Notes under the pieces: model-generated
The model's database searches: none
Told to the model about the DNA's origin: nothing
The model's input: only the letters and a program-made list of their open reading frames with translations
NCBI RefSeq assembly: GCF_001194135.2
Contig: NC_068985.1
Location: 66,250,226-66,306,082 of the forward strand
Reading direction: 5' to 3'
DNA from: Octopus bimaculoides
Lineage: Eukaryota
DNA: 55,857 nucleotides
Part shown: piece after piece, positions 1 to 12,539 of the stretch
Numbering within the stretch: position 1 is the stretch's first letter
How the letters are laid out: the number at the start of each line of letters is the position of its first letter
Made by a program: the position numbers and the translations under genes

Positions 1-9
1 ATATATATA

Positions 10-1045
10 CAGGATACGAGGGTTATTTGAGGACAGATTTGGTATACAATAAAGCAACTATATTTCAGCATAAATAAATATGTATTTGAATAGATATTTG
101 TGCAATTAGTGTTGATAATGATTTTTAAAGCAAATTATTCTATGAAACAGTCTTCGGCTTCGATGACTGCTTCACTGCGGGACCGAAATCGCTTGGATGC
201 TGACACTATATGGTTCTTATTGATTTCGGACATCACCTGAACAATGGTGGCCTTCAGTGAAGCTATAGTATTATGAAGATGACGATTAATCTCCCATTCA
301 ACAGCGTTCCACATGTAGTAGTCCATGGGGTTCAAATCTGGCGAGTTTGGAAGCCACATACTGGGTGTTACATAATCGTAAAGATTGACAACCATTCTTG
401 GGTGACTAGGGCTTTATGAGAAGGTCCTGAGTCTTGTTGAAACACATATGGCCTTCCATTTCATACTTCATCAATCCAGGGTTTGACAACAGTTTCCAGT
501 ACAGATCCTTCTGAAGTACCCAGAATGGTGCACACAAAATTTCCAGCAACTACGATGGCTTTAAGAGTGGTGAGTAGTGAAGGTCATGTGATGCCTCCCC
601 AGATTTTTCCAAGGGACTTAGAATTAATGCTGCTGGATACATTGAAGTGCTGGAAACTTTCTTCAACTAGACTTTTGACCCTGGTCAAAGTTTTTTTCGT
701 CAGAGAAGATCAAAGCATACCTTGTTCATGAAGGCTTTTCATTTTGTTAAGTAACCGTTTTGCAGACACGAAATGGTCTTTCCTCATTACATAGGACTTG
801 TATCGAATGTCACGATGTACCACAGTTCTGATAATCCACTCTGACACCTGAAGTTCTTTAGCAATGTATCTCATTGATCTTCTGAGGTTTCCATCGATAA
901 TGTTTTGAACATGTATAAATTCCGGTGTCATTTTAGTGTCTGAGCGTTGTGAATGTTTTTTTTCTCTTTGATACAAGTGAAACAGTACTATCATATGCCT
1001 CCAATTCCAATAGAACTGTGTGTACAAATGATCTTGCAGCATTCA
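10..1045 (-). mobile_element. Degenerate Tc1/mariner DD37D (maT-like) transposon with an internal inversion
   Basis: Minus-strand peptides RRSMRYIAKELQVSE (HTH), KNFDQGQK (after first D), YVFQQDSGPSH (second D) and WLPNSPDLNPMDY (third D). End CAGGATACGAGGG follows TA at 8-9. The middle segment (TKFPAT..VVSSEGHVMPP) lies on the + strand at 500-657. Confidence 0.85.
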
Positions 1046-1284
1046 GAAATACATGTATACACACATACATATATATGTATCTATTCTTGATTTCAGTATG
1101 AAACAGATAATCATCTGTTTATATACTATACTGTAAAGTTTATAGTATAGTATTTAGTAGTATATAAGTCTTATATGATGAGGAAAATTCAATTTGTCAG
1201 AAAAAGCAATAAAAAATGACTACATCAGATCTAAAATGTTGTGAAACAAACTGAAAAATTCAGCAGAAGATTTGATTTGTATTT

Positions 1285-1830
1285 TCTCAAACGAGAAAAA
1301 CTTCGACCAAGATCAAAAAGTTAACTGAAGAAATGACAGGTGGTTATGTGCAGACCCTTCTGAAGTTACAAGTGTTACGCATAGAACATTTCCTGCGACT
1401 GTCATGATTTTAGGGGTTGTCAGCAATGAAGGACATGTGATGTCTCCTTCTTTCCACAAGGCCTTAGAGTTAACTCTGCTGCCTACATTGAGGTCCCAGA
1501 AATATTTGTAAGCCATGGATAGACAGTGTATGCAATGGAAGGCCGTATGTGTTTCAGTAAGACACATGGCTCTAGTAACACAGGAATGGATGGCTGAAAG
1601 TTCTCATGATCACATAACCCCAAACATTTGGTCTTCTAATTGCCCAGATCTCATTCCATGTGGAGCGTTGTTGAGAGGTCATGAACACGCCCATAAAACC
1701 AAAGGTTTTTTGAAAGCTGCCATAGTCAGAGTAATGTCTAAAATGAACCAGGACCACTTGATTCGAAGATGTAGATGATTTAGATCTCATATAGACGCAG
1801 TTGTTGAAGCTAAAGGTGGCTTATTGAATA
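1285..1830 (+). mobile_element. Second degenerate DD37D (maT-like) transposase fragment
   Basis: FSNEKNFDQDQKVN, FPATVMILGVVSNEGHV, GRPYVFQ, WSSNCPDL, LKAAIVRVMSKMNQDHLIR. Visibly homologous to the 10-1045 copy, with stops and frameshifts. Confidence 0.85.
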
Positions 1831-2136
1831 ACATTATAGAAAAGAAGGTTTATTTTTATCCTCATAGCATTTTTGATAAATAAATTTATTCTCTGTTGTT
1901 ATATATCTGTTTATTTTTTTATAAACATAAATCTATNNNNNNNNNNNNNNNNNNNNNNNNNNNNNNNNNNNNNNNNNNNNNNNNNNNNNNNNNNNNNNNN
2001 NNNNNNNNNNNNNNNNNNNNNNNNNNNNNNNNNNNNNNNNNNNNNNNNNNNNNNNNNNNNNNNNNNNNNNNNNNNNNNNNNNNNNNNNNNNNNNNNNNNN
2101 NNNNNNNNNNNNNNNNNNNNNNNNNNNNNNNNNNNN

Positions 2137-2172
<36 letters not shown>

Positions 2173-2280
2173 AGAGATATTGGTATCAAGAAGACCCAAG
2201 ATAGCAGGTTGGACTACGTAAGTGCTACGGGAGGAAGAATACGAGTGAGGAGTCTACTGCAGGTCGTGTGTGAGCATATA

Positions 2281-2597
2281 TGTGTCAAATAAAATGAGAC
2301 AATAAAACCAAGGCTGTGTGGAATATATAGGACATTTACAAAGGGAAAGGTAGTCTTACAGCTGTGTCTGGCATATTAGGGATATCCATTCATTAGGGAT
2401 AACCTCCTATATCCAAAATAACTCCTTGTATTGGACTCTACTATTTCCCTCTAGTTAACTTTCTCATATCGTCTCATATCGTGATGAAGGGATATCCCTA
2501 ATATCCCAGAAAGAGCTGTAACACTACCTTTCCTTTTATAAATGCCCAGTAAATTCTACACGGCCTTGGTTTTGTTGTCTCATTTTATTTAACCCAC
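2281..2597. repeat. Inverted repeat (~116-bp arms, ~85-bp spacer), Penelope-like pLTR-type sequence
   Basis: 2281-2396 is an imperfect reverse complement of 2481-2597. Each arm carries a degenerate CTGATGA..GAAACAGCTGTA-type motif. Confidence 0.75.
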
Positions 2598-2648
2598 ACA
2601 CACACATGCACGCACGCACACAGACACACAGACACACAGACACACACA

Positions 2649-2739
<91 letters not shown>

Positions 2740-2750
2740 GCACACACATA
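2595..2750. repeat. (CA)n / (CAGA)n microsatellite
   Basis: Direct reading of the sequence. Confidence 0.98.
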
Positions 2751-5404
2751 TCCACCAATGTGTGTGTGTTTTGTTTATTGTATATAAATATAATTATGTA
2801 TTATAATCGAAATAGTACATTTTCCAATTAGGAAGCTTTTCGGTTGAGTAGCTGAAATTTAGAATGTACATTCTTTCTACATATAAAATTATTTGGCAAA
2901 CCTAGCAGAAATAATTCCAATGAATTATAAATTGCATCCTTTCCAGAAGTAGCTCCCGAATTTAGATGGTTTAATTAAAGTTCGTTAATCTGTCAGGTTA
3001 TATATATATATATATATAAATCGTTATATGACGAAAAATATATACCTCCAATTCAAAGCCTTGATTTTATTGTTTCACATCAAGTTGCCTACACATGTGG
3101 CTAAATTTAATCATATTAACCATAAGAGTTTGTGAGTTAGGCACTAGGATACAAACTTTGAGGGGAGGGTTTACTCCTCACCATCATCCTCAGTGCTTGA
3201 CTGATATCTTTAAAAGTTGACCACGAAATAGTGATAGGCTGACTATGGCAGGATTTTGAAATTGGAAAATCGCAAGAAATACCATAAGGTGATAGAGAGT
3301 TAAAGCAATAGAAAATTAATAGTCCAACGTTCTAATGAGTCTGCCATTTCCTGGTGATATGCTGGTTATAATTTAAGTTTGGTGTATTAATATCTATGCA
3401 ATTTGATAACCGATTCCTAAGCAATCTATAGGGAAAGATACAGAGTATTTCTCGTTCAAGACATTTCAGGAAACTAACTGAGAGAATTTGAGGACGTCAG
3501 ATCAAATAATTATTTACTTACTTCTCCATTATAAAAGTCATTTGTGTACACACGCCTGATGTGTGTTTATAACAAGAAAGTACATGTCTGAATACTTTTC
3601 CCCGCCCTAAATATTTCGGATAACATTAAGAAACATGGAATTCTACATTGTTCAACATCATTCTTCTTGGGATTTGTGCTTATTTAGCTAAGCGGCACTG
3701 CTGCTTCTTCCGGAAATATTGCGTTGTGCATCAAAACAAATCATCTCATAGTTATACTGTTCCATATGATATCCCGCCTGTCACAGTTGCAATGATTGTG
3801 TTAGAAATTGCGTGCCACACACACACACATATACACACACGTGCATGCATATCTATACATCTTTATATACAATATATGTATGAATACCATGCAAATATTA
3901 GTTATCACAATATTTACATAGTGAAAGAATTCCGACCCAAATAAAAAAGATGTGCACAATCAAAGAAAGAATAGGACTGCGTTGTAATCAGTAATGTATA
4001 AGGACATCTGATAGTCAGGGTGGTAGTGTGTTAAAGCAATGAGAAATAAATAGTCGAATGTTTTAATCTAATTTAAATTAAAGAAATTCATAACTAGGGT
4101 ATAATTCATGTGTACTAAATACTGATATTAGAACACATTTCACAGTAGAATAATAGTCATGCCTTTCCTCCTTATTTTAACTATTTCCCCTGTCTTATTT
4201 TCTCTTTCTGTCACCACAAATTGAGAACTTATTATTTGATCATTTGTTCTCCTACGGTTTCCCAAGTTTTGATTTCCATCAGTGTAATCCCTTGTTAATA
4301 TTCTTTCTTATAATAATCATCATTAGCAGAATCATCGCTAGCAAAAGCAGGGGCTGGCCACTACCTACAGCATCATCTCAGTTGCCATGATGATTATCTT
4401 CATGATGATGATCATTATTATGACAATCATCACCATAAACATTATTGCAATTAATACGATCAATAGTTGGAGTAGCATTATAAGCACAAGCATTTACGTA
4501 GGACATAATAGCATCGACAGTATAATCTGAACAGATATATAAGCGATTTAGATAAAAAAGAAGAACGGTCATAGATATAGGTAGACATGAATGAGTCTTC
4601 CAACTAACGAATTAAAGTCGAACAGAAAGTAAAATCATATACTTGAACTCATGATGAGGGAAATGTGTACGAATCTGAAATACGAGAATGAAAAACTGAC
4701 AGTATCACTCAGCAAAATGAAAGACGGACGCTGCGGAATCAAGATTGGTATCTGCACATGCTTTCGAATGGAATGAAACTATAAACTAATACAAATAATT
4801 TATTGTGATAGTAATCATCTGAAGGAAGATGAAAGTTCATTAGCAAATGGTTGTGACTTAAGACGCTGCTATTCAACATCCATCTATGCCAAACTGATCT
4901 TATCGTTGCCTTTTATTCGAAGTTGTGTTTAGGTATGTAACATTTGAAGGAATTATTGCGAAGTATGAAACACTGATCATAGAAATAAAAAGGATAACAA
5001 TATAGAAAAGACTAAAACATTACAAGCTCTATAATACATCTGAAAATAGAGTTTTTCATGATAAAATCATGCCAAATTCACATATATTCTTAGTGCAATT
5101 CACGTATTTCCAAACGAAGATTTATCTCATATAGTGGGATTTAAAAACGTCGTAGTAAGACGAGTCGATATGGAACAGACTCAGCTATTGAAATTACTGG
5201 AAGTTAGGAGATGAAGAGGTGGATTTCAAAAGTTGATAAATGATTATGATCATCAGACATATACATGAGAAGAAAATATAAATGGCGAAAATACGTGTAT
5301 GACTTACAAACCAATGAAAACGAAATGAAAGCAATTAGATCAATATCAAATTATTTCTAGATTCTATTAGCTATAGTTATATCCTCTGATACACAATCCA
5401 CATA

Positions 5405-5640
5405 CAAAAACACACACATGCAGACACACACACACGCAGACACACACACACACGCAGATACACACACACGCAGACACACACACACGCAGACACACACACA
5501 CACGCAAACACACACACACACGCAGACACACACACACGCAGACACACACACACACATGTATAGGTCTAGCTGTATGAATGTATGTGGGTGTTTGTGTATG
5601 TATTTAATGTATGTATGTATGTATGTATGTTAATGTGTGT
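5405..5640. repeat. Compound (CA)n/(GCAGACAC..) and (TATG)n microsatellite, repeated at 6135-6340 across an N gap
   Basis: CATGTATAGGTCTAGCTGTATGAATGTATG occurs at 5555 and 6310. Confidence 0.9.
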
Positions 5641-6159
5641 GTGTGAGTGCATGCAGTTATAACATTTTGTGCCACAAAACAATAGACTGAGTTGAATCAT
5701 CGGCGTAGGGTACATCAATAACTGTAATACTTATCGAACAGTCCTCTGATANNNNNNNNNNNNNNNNNNNNNNNNNNNNNNNNNNNNNNNNNNNNNNNNN
5801 NNNNNNNNNNNNNNNNNNNNNNNNNNNNNNNNNNNNNNNNNNNNNNNNNNNNNNNNNNNNNNNNNNNNNNNNNNNNNNNNNNNNNNNNNNNNNNNNNNNN
5901 NNNNNNNNNNNNNNNNNNNNNNNNNNNNNNNNNNNNNNNNNNNNNNNNNNNNNNNNNNNNNNNNNNNNNNNNNNNNNNNNNNNNNNNNNNNNNNNNNNNN
6001 NNNNNNNNNNNNNNNNNNNNNNNNNNNNNNNNNNNNNNNNNNNNNNNNNNNNNNNNNNNNNNNNNNNNNNNNNNNNNNNNNNNNNNNNNNNNNNNNNNNN
6101 NNNNNNNNNNNNNNNNNNNNNNNNNNNNNNNNNTATGTATGTATGTATATATACATACA

Positions 6160-6190
<31 letters not shown>

Positions 6191-9100
6191 GTATATACAT
6201 ACATACAAACATACAAACACATATACACACACACACACACACAGACAGACACACACACACACACACACACACGCAGACACACACACACACGCAGACACAC
6301 ACACACACACATGTATAGGTCTAGCTGTATGAATGTATGGGAGGAAGAGTACATATTTCAGGGAAGATAGAACGTTTTAAATTATATTGAACTAAATACA
6401 GTCCCCTACAATTTTCACCAGTGACACTTGTTTTATTAAAATATAATGTAAACATGCGTATTTATATCTCGCTGTGTATTGGAAGGGTATTAATGGTATG
6501 TCTGTGGACGCGCCAGTTGCTGTGTAAAAGATAGACATACTTTAATCTATGCAGTAAAATCTTAATCTAAGCGAGATATTTTGTCCCTGGAAATGCATGA
6601 TCATTGAACAGATCTGAATGCTATGATTCTTTGTTCATGGGAATTAAGCAAATAAGAAGACTGGACATCAAATAAACTACAAAATGAAGGCACGTACTAA
6701 AGCACAAGTTATTGTGCAGTAACTTTTCGCCTCGCCTGCCATTCTTGAAATAAAGGCTGCTACTCGCTTAACCACAAAATGTTAATCAGTTATTGACATC
6801 ACAGGTGATGAGCATATTAAACCTATTGGGAATGGGCAGATTAATGAAGTGGTCACTTCATATATCATAATCTATATATCACCAAATCAAAATAACTTTA
6901 TTAGAAAGTTAGTGAAAATGCATATATAAATTCATTCATGCAGCCATATAACGATGTATACAAATATGCATAGGTGCATACATACTTTACAGTCCCATCT
7001 GTTCACGTAGACTTCTTACTATTTTGTAATTAATACAATCCCCTACAATTTAGGCCGGTGATACCATCCTAGTAATAAACTAATTATCTTCTTCGGATAA
7101 ATATTATTGCCAGTAATGAAGTAGTGAAGTTAAATGACACTCAACACGCGCAGTTATTACTACAAATGATGGTTGAATAGGAGACTGAAGCCAGCGGTCG
7201 CAGTTCTCGGAACTATGAAGAAAAATCTCAGAGGATGTTTTAACTGAAACGAAACCTCTCTCAGTTCTAGGCTGGGGCGAAAGACGCTAGAGAAGTTATC
7301 GCGATTGGCTAAATGACAGGACGAAGAGTAATTAGATGTTTCAGAGCCAAACATCTATGTCAATAAGCAATCTTCGTCAAGAAAAACACATTGCTCTTAT
7401 CTCTACAGATCATTAAAATCGCACATTAAGAGGACCGATCTTATGATCGGTGAATATTTCTGAAAAATAAATGTAAGCATGAACCGCTTCTGGTGTAATA
7501 AAAATAAAAGTATATGCCATCATTACATGCATGAGCAGCAACTAGTTAAGAACAAACAGTGGCAATGAGAGAAGAATATAAGAAGCTGGAAGTAAAGAAA
7601 CCATCAAAATTCGAAGAAAATTTTACCATCCGCATTAATAAACATTAACATGAATGAACAATTACAACTGGAATTGAAAGGAAACATACTGACTCCATGT
7701 TATCTGCGATGGACCACGCAGAACCTTAGGAACAACTAGCAGAGATCGAAAATGTTAATTTTGGGGCATTGAATTATGTTCTTTACTCTTCTACGATTAA
7801 CATTTGGTAATAAATGAGAGTAATAAAAGTCAGTCGTAATGAGCAAATAACAACGAAAATGGATGACCTATCTCCAGATAAATATCGAGAGATACATAAA
7901 ACTTATTGGACAATTAGGCACTATCATTAGGTGTGAAGTGAATAATCAACTCACTATGAACTGCGACTTTATGACAGGTTATCTAAAGTCAATATAACCG
8001 GCTACAAGAGTCACTAAACGTGCAAGTTAATTAACCTTAAACACGAACTGGGAGGGTAAGTAAAAAGCTTCGTTATCCAGAAAAAAAAAATTACGAGAAC
8101 GGAAGGCAGTCAGTCGCAAGTTTTTATTAAATCCAGAACATCAATGTATTAATATCATAGATGCTCCTCTGCAAGATGATCTTGAAGAATTTTAGAGACG
8201 GATCGAACAGCGCTGTCATGATGTAAGTTGATTATAACATTTTTCTTCCTGAATGATGCAAGGAAAATGTCTCCAGTCATGTCGTTGCTCACTTATTATT
8301 ACCTTTTCGTTATAGTGGCTTTTGTAACACTGCCATGTTACACTGTTTTAAAGATTCTTGAATACTTCAGATCACCTAACGCCTTGAGAAATAGCAACAC
8401 TAACATAAAACAGGATATAATCTCTAAGGCGAAAAGCTCTTTTTTATAACTTGTTAAAATTTCTAACTCAAGTATTTGGATGCATTAGGTAGTCGTGACT
8501 TCAAAAACTTATCTGTGTGTCAGGTTGTCAAACAAAGATGGAATTTTTTTCTAAAACATAACTAGAAAACAACGTCTAGTAAAAACATCATTCGTCCGCA
8601 GCTCACCATAGAGATGTAACGTGACAGAAAAATCAACTAGAAAATCTAATTTGAAAATCTGTACATATTGAGAAGGCAAGCTGTGTTTATTCTTTTTGCT
8701 TTTGGAAAAGAGGTGAAAAGTGAATTATAGACAAACAACGCCCAGTAATTGCACTTTTAGGCTTTAATGATATAATTCTTCGATTATATATCTAAAGTTG
8801 TAATACTAGCTTGGTTTATATATCACCAACCGTTTTTGGAAAGATAAGATTCTTCTGCATCTTAATATTTGAGATGTATTCATAACTACTTGAAATAAAT
8901 AATCCAGTAGTTGTGCTCGGAAATATTTTGTTGTTGGTGGCAAATCTACCAATTATGTAATGAATGCATAGAAAAAGAAACATTTTGATAAAAAAGGACG
9001 ACTTTGTTATTAATGGAACTCAGCTTATTTATGGTTTCGGGGTATTTTATGGTGTATAACGTTTGAGGTGAATGAGATTTTCTTAATTTAGTAGTTCTTG

Positions 9101-10203
9101 GTTGCATAGTTGCGTTTGAACCCCTTTCAAATTTTTTGCTTTCGTTTCCACGCGCACTTATGATTTACTGTTAATTTTGAATATATCTTTTACTTGGTAC
9201 AGCGTCTTATTTGATTTGTGATATACCTGTCTTATTGAATAGATCTATTTTAGTTGTCATGATGACTATAGTATTCTATTGTATTTAATGATGCAGATAT
9301 AGAAATTGAGATCATCATGATTATCCGAGCCGTCAGTTATACGTGGGTTTATGAAGTTTTCAGAAGGATATTAGAATGATATTGACGCAACAGCTGAATA
9401 ACCTAATTATTTCCTTTAATTTGTTTTGCTTTATTTCATGTCTTTCCTAAATAAATATGTTACAGCGATAGAGTATGGTGTTCGTGACTTAATATTCAGT
9501 GAGTATGTGTTTTAATGTGTATAGTAACCATTTGCCAAATTATTTAACATCAGTGCATTCATTTATATGTAAAGGCACGCACACATATAGGATTTTCTTT
9601 TCATTACTTCTCTGCACCATAGTGTATATGCCTATAGTTTTAGTGTATATGCAATGATCTTCCATACACCTTCAGTGGTAGTAACATTTTCTGTTTTCAC
9701 TCTAGCATGAAAGGAAACAAAATGAAAACAAAAAAGTTAATACAATGTCATTTATTAAAGCTATGTCTGAAAGAGTCGCTTATATGAATTTGACATTTTC
9801 GGTTTTCGATGATAGTAGTTGTGGAAATTGAAACCCCTTATATACTCATCAATAGGTTACGATTGTGTGATACCGAAAAAACAATTTAGTGGGCAATTTC
9901 CAGTTATATAGGTAGGCAAGTGACGCTTCAAGGAAAAATAGATTTAAAAATAATTTGCGAATATCTATCGATTTCTTAAAAGCATTTCTTTAGACATTTT
10001 TTGGGATGGGCAAATTTTTATAGGGATATATCTTTGAAACATGTGGAGCTTATCAATGAATATATCATTGCGAAAACTATTACTTCGATATTTGAATTAC
10101 GGAATCATATTCTTTACAAAATATGTTATGGATCATGCTAAATGTAGAGTATAACTTAAGTTGACATATGTAATATTTATGTATATTTATAAAAGGAAAC
10201 TAG

Positions 10204-10450
10204 GGTTACCCCAAAGAGAAAGTGGGAAGTAAGTTGTGAGACTCTTCTTATGGCTTGTACTCTGTGTATGTCGCTTTCTTCTCTTTTTAGTTATGCCTAA
10301 GAATTATGTGTTGCAGGAGAAAAATACCAAAATTGCTGTGGTACGGCGCCTATTGTGGTTGAATCACATGAACATAGCTGTCTTAATGACTCCATTAAAA
10401 CAGATTGTTTATCTCTTAATGGCATGCGATTTCCGGAGAATTGTTGCTAA
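10204..10450 (+). pseudogene. Candidate exon pair (62-nt GT-AG intron 10229-10290) with a Cys-rich, tetraspanin-EC2-like frame; possibly pseudogenised
   Basis: GTAAGT donor at 10229 and pyrimidine-rich TTTTAG acceptor at 10290; alternative TGCAG acceptor at 10316. The frame EKYQNCCG...C...C...FPENCC ends in TAA at 10448. Confidence 0.3.
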
Positions 10451-11517
10451 CCTGAAGTTATCACCACTTTCCAATCATGTACTCTTATACATACATACCT
10501 GCCTGCCTGCCTACCTACCTACCTACCTACCTACCTACCTAGTTGTGTGCAGATTTTAAGAAAAACGAGGCAGTTGGGATTTAGATAAAGACAATTTATT
10601 GAGCGCTTTTGTCCCTTTGAGGGATTCATGATGAATATTTTTTATAGAAAATTTATGACTTTTGTATATATGTGAGTTGGATTTGTTTTCTTGTGCTTTA
10701 GGAAGAGGGCAATTTGGAAGGGTTTGAGATGTTCTTCGTCATTTTGAATCTATATATGTGTGTATATATATGTGTGTGCGCATAAATGTGTATATATGTA
10801 CGTGTATGCATGTGTAAGTATGTGTGTATGTAACGAATTTTTGGAGGCTTGCTTGGAGAGAAAAATAAAAAATAAAAAATAAAGGGGTGTTTATTTCTGG
10901 TATGGCTGAAATTGATGACATATCAAAATGGTCAATTTTTTTAATTTCCACAAATTTCATTTAGTTTTGTATGACTGACAATGTTATTCAGTTGTCATGT
11001 TATAGAAAGGTGTTGAATGAGCGTGTGTGTTCAAGCGCATGTGTGTGAGAGAAAGTGTTGTGTGCTGGTTACTTGAGTGAATTTTTCCAGTTATCTTAGT
11101 AACAACAATTAGAACATTATTAATAATAATATCCAGTGGTAATTTGGTTTGATTCACCTGGGAAACTAATTTTTTTAATAAGGATTTCTCGTGTTTATAA
11201 ATATATTTTTATACGTTTAGTTTAAGTAAAAGATTTTTTAAATGTAGTTCCATTGCCTCCCGGTACTTTAGATCATGCCTTTGGCATTTGTAGAAACGAA
11301 AGATCTTGAATCTGCTGTTTCTGCATAATTCCAGATGCCTGCTCAGCGGAAACTTACGTAATTCGTTTTGTCTGAATTCTGGTTTACAACGTGTTAGCCT
11401 TAACTGAATTATCAGTGAAATAAGAAAATTGATAAAATTTTTCTAAGTTGCAGACTGGTAGTAAGATGTACAACCTAAAAGCAGACGTGGNNNNNNNNNN
11501 TATATATATATATATAT

Positions 11518-11660
11518 GACGGGCTTCTTGCAGCTTCCTTCCACCAAATCCACTCACAAGTCTTTGGTCAGCCTGAGGATATAGCACAAAACACTTGCCC
11601 AAGGTGCCACACAGTGTAACTGAACCCAGAACCATGTGGTTGGGAAGCCAGCTTCTTAAC
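11518..11660 (-). mobile_element. tRNA-derived SINE, family A (CORE-like CTTGGGCAAGTG segment)
   Basis: Reverse complement of the 11689-11855 copy; (TA)n tail. Confidence 0.85.
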
Positions 11661-11688
11661 ACACACATATATATATATATATATACAT

Positions 11689-11855
11689 AGGTGCAGATGA
11701 GGCTGCATGATAAGAAGCTTGCTTCCCAACCACTTGGTTCTGGGTTCAGTCCCACTGTGTGGCACCTTGGGCAAGTGTCTTCTACTATAGCCTCGGGCCG
11801 ACCAAATCCTCATACGTGGATTTGAGAGACGGAAACTGAAAGAAGCCTGTTGTAT
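11689..11855 (+). mobile_element. tRNA-derived SINE, family A
   Basis: B-box-like GGGTTCAGTCCC, CORE-like ACCTTGGGCAAGTGTCTT, tail GGAAACTGAAAGAAGCC then (TATG)n. Further copies at 51217 and 52070. Confidence 0.85.
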
Positions 11856-11919
11856 ATATGTATGTATGTATGTTTGTATTATGTATGTATGACGATGATG
11901 ATGATGATGATGATGATGT

Positions 11920-11959
<40 letters not shown>

Positions 11960-12539
11960 ATATATATAATATAAATGAAAAAGCAGACGTGGATCGTTTT
12001 TACCTTCCCAGAACTCGAGGAGGTTGTGGCTTGACTGAGTTTAAACTTCTTACACCACAATTGGACTAGCCAAAGATCTTGAAACAATTAAGGACTGGAT
12101 GCTAAAATTCGTTGAAAGGTACGAAAGCATAATAAGCTTCATTCTGTCTTGAAGAAGAGCAAATAATTTACTCTTCATTTCATGCATGATACCCAGGCTG
12201 AACAACCTGAGAAATTGTGTTAAGTACTGTTGCAAAGAAAGTAAAATTAATTTGTATAGCGAATATGGATCCCGTAGCAAACATGCTGATGTAGTCCAGA
12301 AGCTCACCCATTAGTGGATACGAAGCTCAGTGCTAAAGGCAAAGCGCGAAAGTTTCAACTGCTCAAGATCAAATCTTATTGACCCAGAACTACCAAGTCA
12401 GTATAATGAAAAATGGAGTAGGTACAAAGTGCTGATCCCACAATGATGATAATGAAATAGTGGACCACTTAATCTCTGGTATAAATCTTCTGCGTCAGTT
12501 AACCAATATCTATACTGGTTAATATGTCGATATTATAAA

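Larger units (their letters stand above)
11385..12350 (+). mobile_element. R4/Dong-like non-LTR retrotransposon fragment (post-RT thumb region), interrupted by an insertion at 11491-11978
   Basis: KLQTGSKMYNLKADV | DRFYLPRTRGGCGL matches the HHPKADVDRLYLPRxEGGRGL motif of R4/Dong ORFs. Confidence 0.75.

Noticed and set aside
3630-3820. Hydrophobic frame LFNIILLGICAYLA..PPVTVAMIVLEIA as tetraspanin TM1/TM2
   Set aside because: No usable splice sites, and the GCxGA motif is absent.
5230-5262. CTGATGA..GAAA on the minus strand (also CTGATGA at 18226 and 42126)
   Set aside because: No pairable stems II, III or I; not hammerheads.
5657-5751. ITVIDV resembling a cadherin repeat end
   Set aside because: No DxNDN/PxF motifs, it lies in a repeat unit next to a gap, and it is too short.
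10291-10362. LLWYGAYCG as a phospholipase A2 calcium loop
   Set aside because: It is followed immediately by a stop, with no CCxxHDxC motif.
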